From contig CAJYHH010000218.1 in assembly GCA_913773825.1 (NCBI GenBank), positions 1 to 32,146 of the forward strand: 32,146 bases of DNA. Reading direction: 5' to 3'. Shown piece by piece: positions 1-7,067 of the stretch (within the stretch, counting starts at the first letter, position 1; each line of letters opens with the position of its first letter). A program made the translations under genes and the position numbers. This DNA is from Candidatus Sericytochromatia bacterium (lineage in GTDB: Bacteria > Cyanobacteriota > Sericytochromatia > UBA7694). The notes under the pieces are model-generated. The model made no database searches, was not told the DNA's origin, and saw only the letters and a program-made list of their open reading frames with translations.

Positions 1-589
1 CCCAAAAATGCGGCGGCTGCCAGAGGTACATAATCCCAAACAAGGCACCCGCAACAGGCGTCAGGGCATTGGCGACAGCGGTGACGCCGAGCACAGCCGG
101 CAAGGCGCCAGATACACCGCCCAAAGAAGTATTCAGCGGGCTATGGCGTTTGAGCCAGAGCGTATAAATTACAACGTAATAAAAGTTAGTGAAAAGAGTC
201 AGTCCAGCAGTTAAGGGATTAACCTGCCAGAGCAAAATGCCGATCGAGAGCACGCCTAAAACAGCACCAAGGCCTAAAGCCGCACTAGGTGCTAATCTGC
301 CGGTAGGCAGGGGGCGGTTTTGGGTGCGCTCCATAATTTTGTCAATGTCGCGGTCGATGTAATTATTAATCGCACAGCTTGAACCCGACGCCAGAGCGAC
401 GCCGAGTAAAGTCCAAAAAGCCAGGGTCAAATCAGGGGGACCGCCGGCAGCTAACCACATGCCTGTAAAAGTCGTTACCAGGATCATGCGCGTAATTTTG
501 GGCTTAGTCAGCTCGAAGAGGTCGCGCAGGACGGTTTTAAAGGATGTAGTGGATGTGGGAGTATCGAGAATCAAGGGGTCAGCTCTCAT
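1..589 (-). CDS. ctaB: Protoheme IX farnesyltransferase (heme O synthase, UbiA family). N-terminal part only; the C-terminal end runs off the left edge of the window.
   Basis: Not in the ORF track because no stop lies inside the window. My reverse-strand translation from the ATG at 589..587 reads MRADPLILDTPTSTTSFKTVLRDLFELTKPKITRMILVTTFTGMW...NNYIDRDIDKIMERTQNRPLPTGR...LWQPPHFW. The ELTKPKI start, the NxxxDRDID prenyl-diphosphate motif, MERTxNRPLxxG and PPHFW are typical of CtaB/CyoE. Confidence 0.8.
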   Translation of the reverse strand, partial: MRADPLILDTPTSTTSFKTVLRDLFELTKPKITRMILVTTFTGMWLAAGGPPDLTLAFWTLLGVALASGSSCAINNYIDRDIDKIMERTQNRPLPTGRLAPSAALGLGAVLGVLSIGILLWQVNPLTAGLTLFTNFYYVVIYTLWLKRHSPLNTSLGGVSGALPAVLGVTAVANALTPVAGALFGIMYLWQPPHFW

Positions 590-835
590 GCTTTCTCCTG
601 GTCGGGGGCCTGAGCGGGCCCGGGACGTATTACAAGGTGAACCAGAGAAGATTACAGGTTAAGAATAGATTAAGTTCAGTGGCTCTTCACTACATTCTAG
701 TATGAAAACATGGTACGTGGCTACACTTCGGGGGCTGACAATGCAAGGCTTTTAATAAAGGCTGAGTGGTAAGCAGCAGAGGGGCTTGAGGCCAATAAAG
801 ACCATGAGTTTATTTGGCTCTCAGGTATTAAAATT

Positions 836-874
836 GAAAGCCTGGATGCAACAAATTGCTGCATCCAGGCTTTC
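836..874 (-). terminator. Rho-independent terminator-like hairpin downstream of the 928..1554 lipoprotein gene.
   Basis: Perfect 15-bp inverted repeat: gaaagcctggatgca (836-850) pairs with tgcatccaggctttc (860-874), with a 9-nt loop. It lies about 50 nt past the stop of the minus-strand gene and is followed on the minus strand by an A/T-rich run (aatttta). Confidence 0.6.
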
Positions 875-927
875 AGAATCAGAGCTAAGTCTCAGAACTG
901 AGCGGTGGGACATATGCTGACGATGGC

Positions 928-1554
928 CTACTCCATCGTGACCAAAGAGCCATAGACCTGAGCAAAGACATCGTCGCCTTTTTCCCCTTCAGGGTAAATC
1001 ACAAACAGGCCGACGCTGGACTTGGCTTTGTCAGGCGCTTTGCCACCACCCGCTGTAATGGTATGGGGTTTGCCCTGGAAAGTCGCTGTGCCGTCGATAT
1101 CGGTCCAGCTGGCAAAGCCGCCGGTATCTTTTTGGTCAACGGGTGCTTCTTTTTTGACGTCGGTCAGCTTGAGCTCGCTTGTCATGGTGTTAAAGACCAT
1201 ATCAGAGATCGCCTGTGAGGTCAGGGCCTTATCGTTTGGCATGGCGATTATCGCCATGGTCATATGCTCGTCACCAGCAATATACATAGGCTCTTTTGAG
1301 CCTGGCTTGAGGCCATCTTGGATCACTTTAAAGCTGGGAGGATGGGCAAACTGAATGCCGTGCTCTTTGGATTCAATTTTTTTCCAGTCAGCGGGGACGG
1401 CCGCAGCTTCAGATTCAGCTGTCGGGCTGGCTGCAGGACTGCTTGCGGTTTCGGTTGTGGTTTCAGTGGTAGTGGTCTCGGTGGTGGTTTCTTCAGAAGG
1501 GCAGCCAGCTAATAGTGAAATAGTGGCGAGTAAAATAAGAGTACGACGAATCAT
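928..1554 (-). CDS. Lipoprotein of unknown function, with a Thr/Glu-rich low-complexity linker.
   Basis: ORF 928..1572. I prefer the internal ATG at 1554, giving MIRRTLILLATISLLAGC with a lipobox LLAG|C. The mature protein starts with (TTTE)n repeats. The longer version uses a TTG start at 1572. Confidence 0.7.
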   Translation of the reverse strand: MIRRTLILLATISLLAGCPSEETTTETTTTETTTETASSPAASPTAESEAAAVPADWKKIESKEHGIQFAHPPSFKVIQDGLKPGSKEPMYIAGDEHMTMAIIAMPNDKALTSQAISDMVFNTMTSELKLTDVKKEAPVDQKDTGGFASWTDIDGTATFQGKPHTITAGGGKAPDKAKSSVGLFVIYPEGEKGDDVFAQVYGSLVTME

Positions 1555-1795
1555 AATGCTTGAATTCTCCAACTTAGATTTTTTAATGGCTGATTTTTTA
1601 ACTTATTTTCTAAAAATTAAAAAATTGTGAATGATTTATAGCACATATGCCGCATAAATAAAATAGCGGCGGGCAGTGAGCTATAATACCCTGCGCATCC
1701 GCGCAACAGCGCCTCTTTAATTAGAGCAGCCTGCCTTTAAAAGTGTTCAGCTGAGCAGGCTGTTTAAAAGCGAAACAGCCCTTTAGGAGCAGATC

Positions 1796-3241
1796 ATGAG
1801 TCAATCCGTTTTTAGTGAACAAGATGTTCAGGCCGTCAGCCAAGAACTCAGCGGTTTCTGGACCGCTTTTTCTCAGCGTTACAGTGGTGAAATCATCGGT
1901 CGTCAGCCCGTCCAGACTCTTTATGGCGGCGCTCAACTATTTAAAGCTGAAACCGCTAAACGTATGGGTGAACTGGGTTTAAATGCACTTGATACCTATG
2001 CTCCTAACTTTGTTTATCTTGCCAAAGCCGCAGGCTTAAGTCCTGCTGCCAAGCTGCCCGACAGCTGGACCGAAACGGATAATCTGCGCAAAGCCCTGAG
2101 TGATCATCCTGATGCGGCCAAGGCAATTTATCCGGCAGCTCATCAGGCTGCGGTCATTTATTCACGTGTCCGCCATAAACTGGAATCTGAGCCGGTTGAA
2201 GACTTCCGCATTGACTTTGAAGACGGTTACGGTAATCGCCCTGACGCTGAAGAAGACGGCGATGCGGTGCGAACAGCCAAAGAAGTGGCGCGTGGCATGA
2301 AAGAAAATCTGCTGCCGCCCTTTATTGGCATCCGGATTAAACCCTGGACCGAACAGCTGTTTCAGCGCAGCGCCCGCACTTTAGATGTCTTTGTCTCTTC
2401 GCTGCTAGAAGCAACAGGCAATCAGCTGCCTGAAAACTTTATTATTACTTTGCCTAAAGTCACGGCTCCTGAACAAGTCAGTGGCTTGGTTAAACTGCTT
2501 GAAACCCTTGAAGAACGTCATCAATTAGCCAAAGGCACGCTGCTGCTTGAGATCATGATTGAGACCACTCAGTCGATCTTTGATGCTGAAGGCCGTGTGA
2601 TGCTGCCTAGCTTACTGGATGCCGCCCAGGGTCGCTGTCGCGGTGCTCATTTTGGCACTTATGACTATACCGCCAGCTGCGGCATTGTTGCTCAGTACCA
2701 GGCCATGGATCATCCCGCCTGTGATTTTGCCCGCCATACCATGCAGGTCAGCTTTGCCAGCACGGGCGTCATGCTTAGCGACGGCGCCACCAATATTATG
2801 CCTGTACCGGTTCATCGCGGTGAAAACCTTAATCTGGTCCAGCAGCAAGAGAACCTGACCGTGGTGCATGCGGCTTGGCGCTTACATGCAGATCATATTC
2901 GTCATTCGCTTAAACATGCTTATTATCAGGGATGGGATTTACATCCGGCCCAGCTGATCACCCGTTATGCCACCTTGTTTGACTTCTTTTTAAAAGAACT
3001 TGATGGCGCAACGGTTCGCCTAAAAAACTTTATGGCCAAAGCTGCCCAGGCGACTTTAAGCGGTGATGTTTTTGATGATGCTGCAACGGGCCGTGGTCTG
3101 CTTAACTATTTCCGCCTGGCCTATAACTGTGGCGCCATTACTGAAGCTGAAATTGAAGCTGCCGGTCTAAAAATAGCTGATCTGAAGGGCGGATCCAGCT
3201 CTGATGCTTCACCCTGGCTACAGCTGATTCAGCAGGCCTAA
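1796..3241 (+). CDS. Conserved hypothetical enzyme, HpcH/HpaI aldolase / citrate-lyase-beta (CitE)-like fold.
   Basis: 481-aa ORF with AGGAG 8 nt upstream of the ATG. The DFEDGYG acidic motif and the overall pattern resemble the CitE/malate-synthase-like TIM-barrel superfamily. The family call comes from motif memory only. Confidence 0.5.
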   Translation: MSQSVFSEQDVQAVSQELSGFWTAFSQRYSGEIIGRQPVQTLYGGAQLFKAETAKRMGELGLNALDTYAPNFVYLAKAAGLSPAAKLPDSWTETDNLRKALSDHPDAAKAIYPAAHQAAVIYSRVRHKLESEPVEDFRIDFEDGYGNRPDAEEDGDAVRTAKEVARGMKENLLPPFIGIRIKPWTEQLFQRSARTLDVFVSSLLEATGNQLPENFIITLPKVTAPEQVSGLVKLLETLEERHQLAKGTLLLEIMIETTQSIFDAEGRVMLPSLLDAAQGRCRGAHFGTYDYTASCGIVAQYQAMDHPACDFARHTMQVSFASTGVMLSDGATNIMPVPVHRGENLNLVQQQENLTVVHAAWRLHADHIRHSLKHAYYQGWDLHPAQLITRYATLFDFFLKELDGATVRLKNFMAKAAQATLSGDVFDDAATGRGLLNYFRLAYNCGAITEAEIEAAGLKIADLKGGSSSDASPWLQLIQQA

Positions 3242-3250
3242 ACCAACTGA

Positions 3251-3300
3251 AAGCGCTTCTTTGATTTATTTAGCTGAATCAAAGAAGCGCTTAATCTTTT
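3251..3300 (+). terminator. Rho-independent terminator after the 1796..3241 gene.
   Basis: 16-bp perfect stem: aagcgcttctttgatt (3251-3266) pairs with aatcaaagaagcgctt (3277-3292), followed by aatctttt. It overlaps the TTG start at 3261 given in the ORF track, which argues for the shorter sfsA start. Confidence 0.75.
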
Positions 3301-3314
3301 TAAAGGGATCTGTT

Positions 3315-4025
3315 ATGAAATTCAGTCCGCCCCTGATTGGCGGGGAGTTAATTCGCCGCTATAAACGCTTTTTGGCTGATGTGCGTTTGCCTGATGGCCA
3401 GGAAATCACTGCCCATTGCCCTAATCCAGGTGCCATGACGGGATGTGCTGAGCCTGGCTGGTCAGTGGGTTTAAGTCATTCAGCAGACCCTAAGCGCAAA
3501 TTGCCCTACACGCTTGAAATGGTCCATAACGGTCAAACCTGGATTGGCGTTAATACCCATCGCGCCAATCAGATTGTGGCTGAAGCTTTAGCACAAGGCC
3601 AGATTTCTGAGTTAGCGGATTATCAGCGGATTCAGGCTGAAGTGCGCTATGGCGAAAAAAGTCGAATTGATTTTTTGCTCAGTGAGCTTCAGGGCAATAC
3701 CCGTGCTCAGCCTGCTTATGTCGAAGTCAAAAGTGTGACGCTCAGATTAGGCAATCGCTGCGCTTTTCCTGATTCGGTTACAACACGTGGGCGTAAACAT
3801 CTTGAAGAACTCACCGCGATGAAAGCAGCCGGCGCACGGGCCGTGATGTTATTTGTTGTGCAGCGCGGTGACGGCGAGATTTTTTGCCCTGCTGCTGAAA
3901 TTGATCCGGCTTATGCTCAGGCACTTAAACAAGCTTCTGAGCAGGGTGTCGAAGTGCTGGTTTACCGCGCCAATCTTGACTTAGAGTACTGGCAACTGGC
4001 AGAGTCCATGCCTTGGAAATTGTAA
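3315..4025 (+). CDS. sfsA: Sugar fermentation stimulation protein SfsA.
   Basis: MKFSPPLIGGELIRRYKRFLADVRLPDGQEITAHCPNPGAMTGC matches the characteristic SfsA N-terminus (RYKRFLADV, HCPNTG-like). The ATG at 3315 is preferred over the TTG at 3261, which lies inside the upstream terminator. Confidence 0.85.
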   Translation: MKFSPPLIGGELIRRYKRFLADVRLPDGQEITAHCPNPGAMTGCAEPGWSVGLSHSADPKRKLPYTLEMVHNGQTWIGVNTHRANQIVAEALAQGQISELADYQRIQAEVRYGEKSRIDFLLSELQGNTRAQPAYVEVKSVTLRLGNRCAFPDSVTTRGRKHLEELTAMKAAGARAVMLFVVQRGDGEIFCPAAEIDPAYAQALKQASEQGVEVLVYRANLDLEYWQLAESMPWKL

Positions 4026-4155
4026 GGATTAACTAAATTTTAAATTTATTCTAACTTTTATTTAATTTGACTTAGGCAGTATTTCTCTGTTTCAATCCGA
4101 TAAATAGATTAATTCGCCATCAATCTGAAATTTTGCGTAGAAAGAGACCTTAAAC

Positions 4156-4668
4156 ATGCAAATTCAATCTCTTCCCCAGACTGCTCCTGTCAGCCCCCCC
4201 GCGCCTAAAGCAGCCCCTCAGGCAGCTTCGCCGACTCTTGCTGAAACCCCTAAAACTTCCAGCACACTTGATGGTTTTACCAAAGCTGCGCTTGGCGGAC
4301 ATCGTGGTCTTCAAGCCGGTTTACTGGTTGGGGGCGTGGGTGGTGCCGTAATGACGGCCGCCAGCATGGGCAGCAATGTTCCTGCTTTTCATAAAGGTCT
4401 GGCAACGATCGGTGCCGGCATGGGCGGCGCGCTGGCGGGTGCGGTTGCTGGCGGTCTTGGTGGTGTTGTTGCCGGTGGTTTTGCCAGCAGCAAATCCGGT
4501 GGGGCTGCTGTCGGCGGTGCAACCGGTGCCGTTGCGGGTGCTCTGGCTGCCGGTGCCATTATGGTTAAAACCGGCAAAGTTGAGCTGGGCGCACTTGGTG
4601 CTGCTGCAGCTGTGGGCGCTGTTCTGGGCGCTGCAGGTGGTTTCTCCGCCAAAGCTTTTGAACGCTAA
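4156..4668 (+). CDS. Gly/Ala-rich (glycine-zipper-like) membrane protein with a Pro/Ala-rich N-terminal region; paralog of 10590..11093.
   Basis: 170-aa ORF. The first ~45 aa are Pro/Ala/Ser-rich. They are followed by ~120 aa of GxxxG/AxxxG repeats (GAGMGGALAGAVAGGLGGVVAGG...). The antisense and off-frame ORFs in the track here are compositional artefacts. Confidence 0.65.
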   Translation: MQIQSLPQTAPVSPPAPKAAPQAASPTLAETPKTSSTLDGFTKAALGGHRGLQAGLLVGGVGGAVMTAASMGSNVPAFHKGLATIGAGMGGALAGAVAGGLGGVVAGGFASSKSGGAAVGGATGAVAGALAAGAIMVKTGKVELGALGAAAAVGAVLGAAGGFSAKAFER

Positions 4669-4728
4669 AAGCGTTACATCACGCTGACTAGCGCTCATAC
4701 CAGCGACTCACTTTAAAGCGATATTGAA

Positions 4729-4752
4729 AAAGGCGCCCATTTGGGCGCCTTT
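4729..4752. terminator. Bidirectional terminator hairpin between convergent genes.
   Basis: aaaggcgccc (4729-4738) pairs with gggcgccttt (4743-4752) around a 4-nt loop. It is flanked by an A-run on the left and Ts on the right, so either strand reads a GC stem plus a U-run. It sits between the stops at 4668 (+) and 4783 (-). Confidence 0.75.
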
Positions 4753-4782
4753 AGCCTGTGAGGAAGTTTTTGTGACTGTGCG

Positions 4783-5595
4783 CTAGACTTTACGACGGCC
4801 TAGTTTATTAAGCTTGCGCTGGCCTTTAAGTTGTTCACCCAGTTCTTTGAGTTTGGCTTCTGGTAGAGCTAATAAAGCGTCTTCAAGGCGCTGAATGGGA
4901 ATAAAATCAGGCAGGGCGCTGCGCATCAGGGCTAAAGCCCAAAGGGCACGCAGAGGCCGATCCAGATGTAAATTGACCATGCCCGCAATTGAATAAAAGC
5001 CGGCTACTTCGGTGTGATGAAACATCCGATCACCTTCATAATCCTGCAGCTCACAGCGGGATTCAAATAAAGCCGCCACGTCTTTAATCCGGCCTCTAAA
5101 CTGCAGCACTTCAGCCAACGATAAACGGGCAAATAAATAGTCTGGATGAGCATCAAACAGCTCCTGGGCCAGAGTAAACAAGCCTTCGGTATCCTGAAGC
5201 AGGCGCAGGCACTGCAGACGTTGCTGAGTCGGAACGGGATTATCCGGATAGACTTTGGCTAAAGCCTGAGCCGCGCGATCCACTAATTCAATTTGTTCAG
5301 TACGCTCGTCAGATGCTTCTTGTTTGCCGAGTTCTTCAAGCACAATCCAGCGCATCTCGTGAGCGCGAAGATCATCTGGAGCCAATAAGCTGAGATAGTG
5401 ATCCTGCGGACGCAGAGTGGGCTGTTCGCTCCAGCGCATTAAGCGCGGCTGTGGTAAGCCGTCAGGATGGCGCTGTAAAGCTTTAAGCGCCTGTTCAGGT
5501 GAGGTGTTCAAGCCATAGGCTCCCAGCTGATCCTGGCGCAGCAGATTGCGGGCCAGCAGAATATTTTCGTAAGCATCACCCATAGGCTCGGACAT
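4783..5595 (-). CDS. Hypothetical protein, all-helical and possibly TPR-like.
   Basis: 270-aa ORF with normal amino-acid composition. A purine-rich GGAGAA sequence lies upstream of the ATG. I recognise no family. Confidence 0.6.
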   Translation of the reverse strand: MSEPMGDAYENILLARNLLRQDQLGAYGLNTSPEQALKALQRHPDGLPQPRLMRWSEQPTLRPQDHYLSLLAPDDLRAHEMRWIVLEELGKQEASDERTEQIELVDRAAQALAKVYPDNPVPTQQRLQCLRLLQDTEGLFTLAQELFDAHPDYLFARLSLAEVLQFRGRIKDVAALFESRCELQDYEGDRMFHHTEVAGFYSIAGMVNLHLDRPLRALWALALMRSALPDFIPIQRLEDALLALPEAKLKELGEQLKGQRKLNKLGRRKV

Positions 5596-5746
5596 ATATC
5601 TTTATTCTCCTCGTCGTCATCACGGCTTTAGCATGGTAGCATCGGCGATTAGCCGAATGGGAGGTCTGGGTCAGATATCAGGGTTCAAATCTGGTGGCGG
5701 AGCCTGCAGATTGCGCTGCTAAAATAAGCTTGTGAGGTAAAAGATC

Positions 5747-6076
5747 ATGAAAGCTTTGATTATTTTGCTGGCGCTGGTTGTATTAGCAGGCTGTGAAGAA
5801 GTGCCTGCTGCTGCAACAGCGGTCAGTGCCCAGACAAGCCAAACGGCTCAGACCAATCAGACGACTCAAACGAACAGCGAGGGTTGGGTTGAGACGCCTT
5901 GGCAAGACAATGGCTGGCAGGACTCAGGCTCGATCACGCCGATGACAGACTCCCAGACGACTATTAGCCCGAATACAGGCTGGAACGAAGGCTCAAGTTC
6001 TAACGCTTTTCCCAGCTCAGGCTTTAGTGATTCGGTGAGCGGGTCAGAGAGTTCAGATGAAGACTGGCCAAACTAA
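5747..6076 (+). CDS. Small lipoprotein with a Gln/Thr-rich repeat linker.
   Basis: MKALIILLALVVLAGC carries a lipobox LAG|C. A QTSQTAQTNQTTQTN low-complexity tract follows. GAGG lies upstream of the ATG. Confidence 0.7.
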   Translation: MKALIILLALVVLAGCEEVPAAATAVSAQTSQTAQTNQTTQTNSEGWVETPWQDNGWQDSGSITPMTDSQTTISPNTGWNEGSSSNAFPSSGFSDSVSGSESSDEDWPN

Positions 6077-6104
6077 GGCCTTCTTTGCGCGGTAAGGCTT
6101 TTAA
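6075..6104 (+). terminator. Weak terminator-like hairpin after the 5747..6076 gene.
   Basis: aaggcctt (6075-6082) can pair with aaggcttt (6094-6101), including one G-U. A T-run partly overlaps the 3' arm. The signal is marginal. Confidence 0.3.
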
Positions 6105-6110
6105 CTCAAC

Positions 6111-6866
6111 AAAAAATGCCAAAAAATGGCACGAACTTCGGTGTCGTAGCTAAATTACCGCGTCCTGGGCCTCTTGAGGTCTTCGTTCGAGAACGGCTGG
6201 GTACTCCCCTTGCAGGGAACCCGGTGCATCTGTCGTGTTCAGCACGTTTGACGCAGCTTCCGATTCGGACTATTTGCTCCAGGTTGCTCCTTTGCAAATC
6301 CCTCTTCAGGCTTTCTGTCTGGACTTCAGGGGGTTCCCCTCCCGACACCGGTGTAAAAACGGACCTTGCGACCCCTTTTAAACTTTTTCCCTCTTGCCGA
6401 TTCTCACGGCTACAGGGCTTTGCCAGTATCTGGAGTCCGTTGCCGCCGGTCTTGCGACCAGGGCTCGTTCCCCTCTTGTCCTTGACCCCTTCAGGGTTTT
6501 TCACGTTCGCAGCATCGGTTTCTGTTACCAGTCCCTGCCACTCCTGCCTTTTACTTCGTTCCGTTGCCGGTTCGACCGAGGCTTCAGCGGGTTTTGCCAC
6601 TGCGTGCGTGTGTTCGTCCCCGTCTTGCGACGCTTCTGAACCTTTACCCTCCTGGGCGTTCCGCCCTCCAGGGAATTCTCCCGATTCTGAGCCTTCTACC
6701 GCTTCCGGCAGGTTCCCCACTCTCCGTTTTGACGGCTTGTGGGTTTTGCTCTCAGAGTCGGTCGGCATCTGTAAATCTTGCGATCTACCGCCGCCCCTCC
6801 TGGGCTTTTGGCCGGGATTTTCACCCGGTCCGTTTGTGACGCTTCTTCGCTACAACCGAAGTTCGT
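6111..6866 (-). ncRNA. Large structured non-coding RNA candidate of unidentified class (about 736 nt core plus terminator).
   Basis: - Transcription signals: a promoter lies immediately upstream on the minus strand.
- Closing helix: 6866..6856 is perfectly complementary to 6131..6141 (11 bp), 6853..6849 pairs with 6146..6150 (5 bp), and 6842..6838 (GCGUC) pairs with 6164..6160 (GACGC).
- GCAA-capped hairpins at 6771-6788, 6621-6632, 6442-6464, 6361-6375 and 6199-6222.
- Further hairpins at 6812-6828, 6696-6711 and 6585-6602.
- Strand: several helices contain G-U pairs on the minus strand that would be C-A mismatches on the plus strand.
- Terminator: the 3' end carries the hairpin GUGCCA-UUUUU-UGGCAU followed by Us (6132..6111).
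- Coding: the only ORFs here are two mutually antisense frames with Arg/Ser/Pro/Gly/Cys-rich nonsense-like translations. Confidence 0.7.
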
Positions 6867-6873
6867 ATTAACC

Positions 6874-6902
6874 ATAGTATAAGATGCGATTAAGAATGTC
6901 AA
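6874..6902 (-). promoter_or_regulatory. Sigma-70-type promoter for the large ncRNA candidate.
   Basis: The minus strand reads TTGACA (6902..6897), a 17-nt spacer, then TACTAT (6879..6874). An overlapping TATACT has a 15-nt spacer. The predicted start falls a few nt before 6866, exactly where the closing-helix 5' arm begins. Confidence 0.6.
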
Positions 6903-7067
6903 GCCTGAGCTTAAACTTTTGTTTTTTAAGCGTTTCTCTTTGGTCTTTGGCCAGGCTGGGTCGATCGTGATTACGGCTTTACCCAGCTTTAATCACCTTT
7001 TGTTATTCACTTGGTATTCACTAACACGGATTATTTGTTATGACTAAACAAGTCCCCAGGAGGCCGT

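Noticed and set aside
8-662. Track ORFs 8..214 (+) and 459..662 (+).
   Set aside because: Both lie antisense to, or overlap, the clearly recognisable heme O synthase reading frame on the minus strand, and their translations are Arg-rich and non-protein-like.
4277-4698. Several overlapping ORFs (4277..4522 -, 4321..4698 -, 4376..4687 +, 4389..4652 -) inside the Gly/Ala-rich gene.
   Set aside because: GC-rich GGN/GCN repeat DNA is open in many frames. Only the 4156..4668 frame has a sensible start context and a paralog elsewhere in the window.
5682-5691. GGTTCAAATC, a tRNA T-loop-like string in the 5596..5746 intergenic region (possible tRNA or att-site remnant).
   Set aside because: The flanking bases (caggg / ctggt) do not form a T-stem, and no acceptor, D or anticodon arms can be built. 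It is most likely a chance match.
6111-6866. Identity of the large RNA as RNase P RNA, tmRNA, an rRNA fragment or a group II intron.
   Set aside because: A few short strings recall RNase P RNA (CUGGUAACAG, GAGAGCAAAACC, GGAGCAAAUAG). However, both universally conserved P4 strands (GAGGAAAGUCCGGGC and ACAGAACCCGGCUUA) are absent, and the RNA is about twice the usual length. It has no tRNA-like 3' end or tag ORF (tmRNA), no GUGYG 5' end or domain V (group II intron), and no rRNA signature strings. This was judged by eye only and still deserves a cmscan.
6106-6871. Two long ORFs from the track (6106..6768 minus, 220 aa; 6116..6871 plus, 251 aa), plus nested ORFs 6394..6639, 6564..6839 and 6696..6902, considered as protein genes.
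   Set aside because: They are antisense to each other over nearly their whole length and have no SD sequences. Their translations are Arg/Ser/Pro/Gly/Cys-rich strings without recognisable hydrophobic-core periodicity. The same DNA is explained far better by a promoter, structured RNA and terminator unit.
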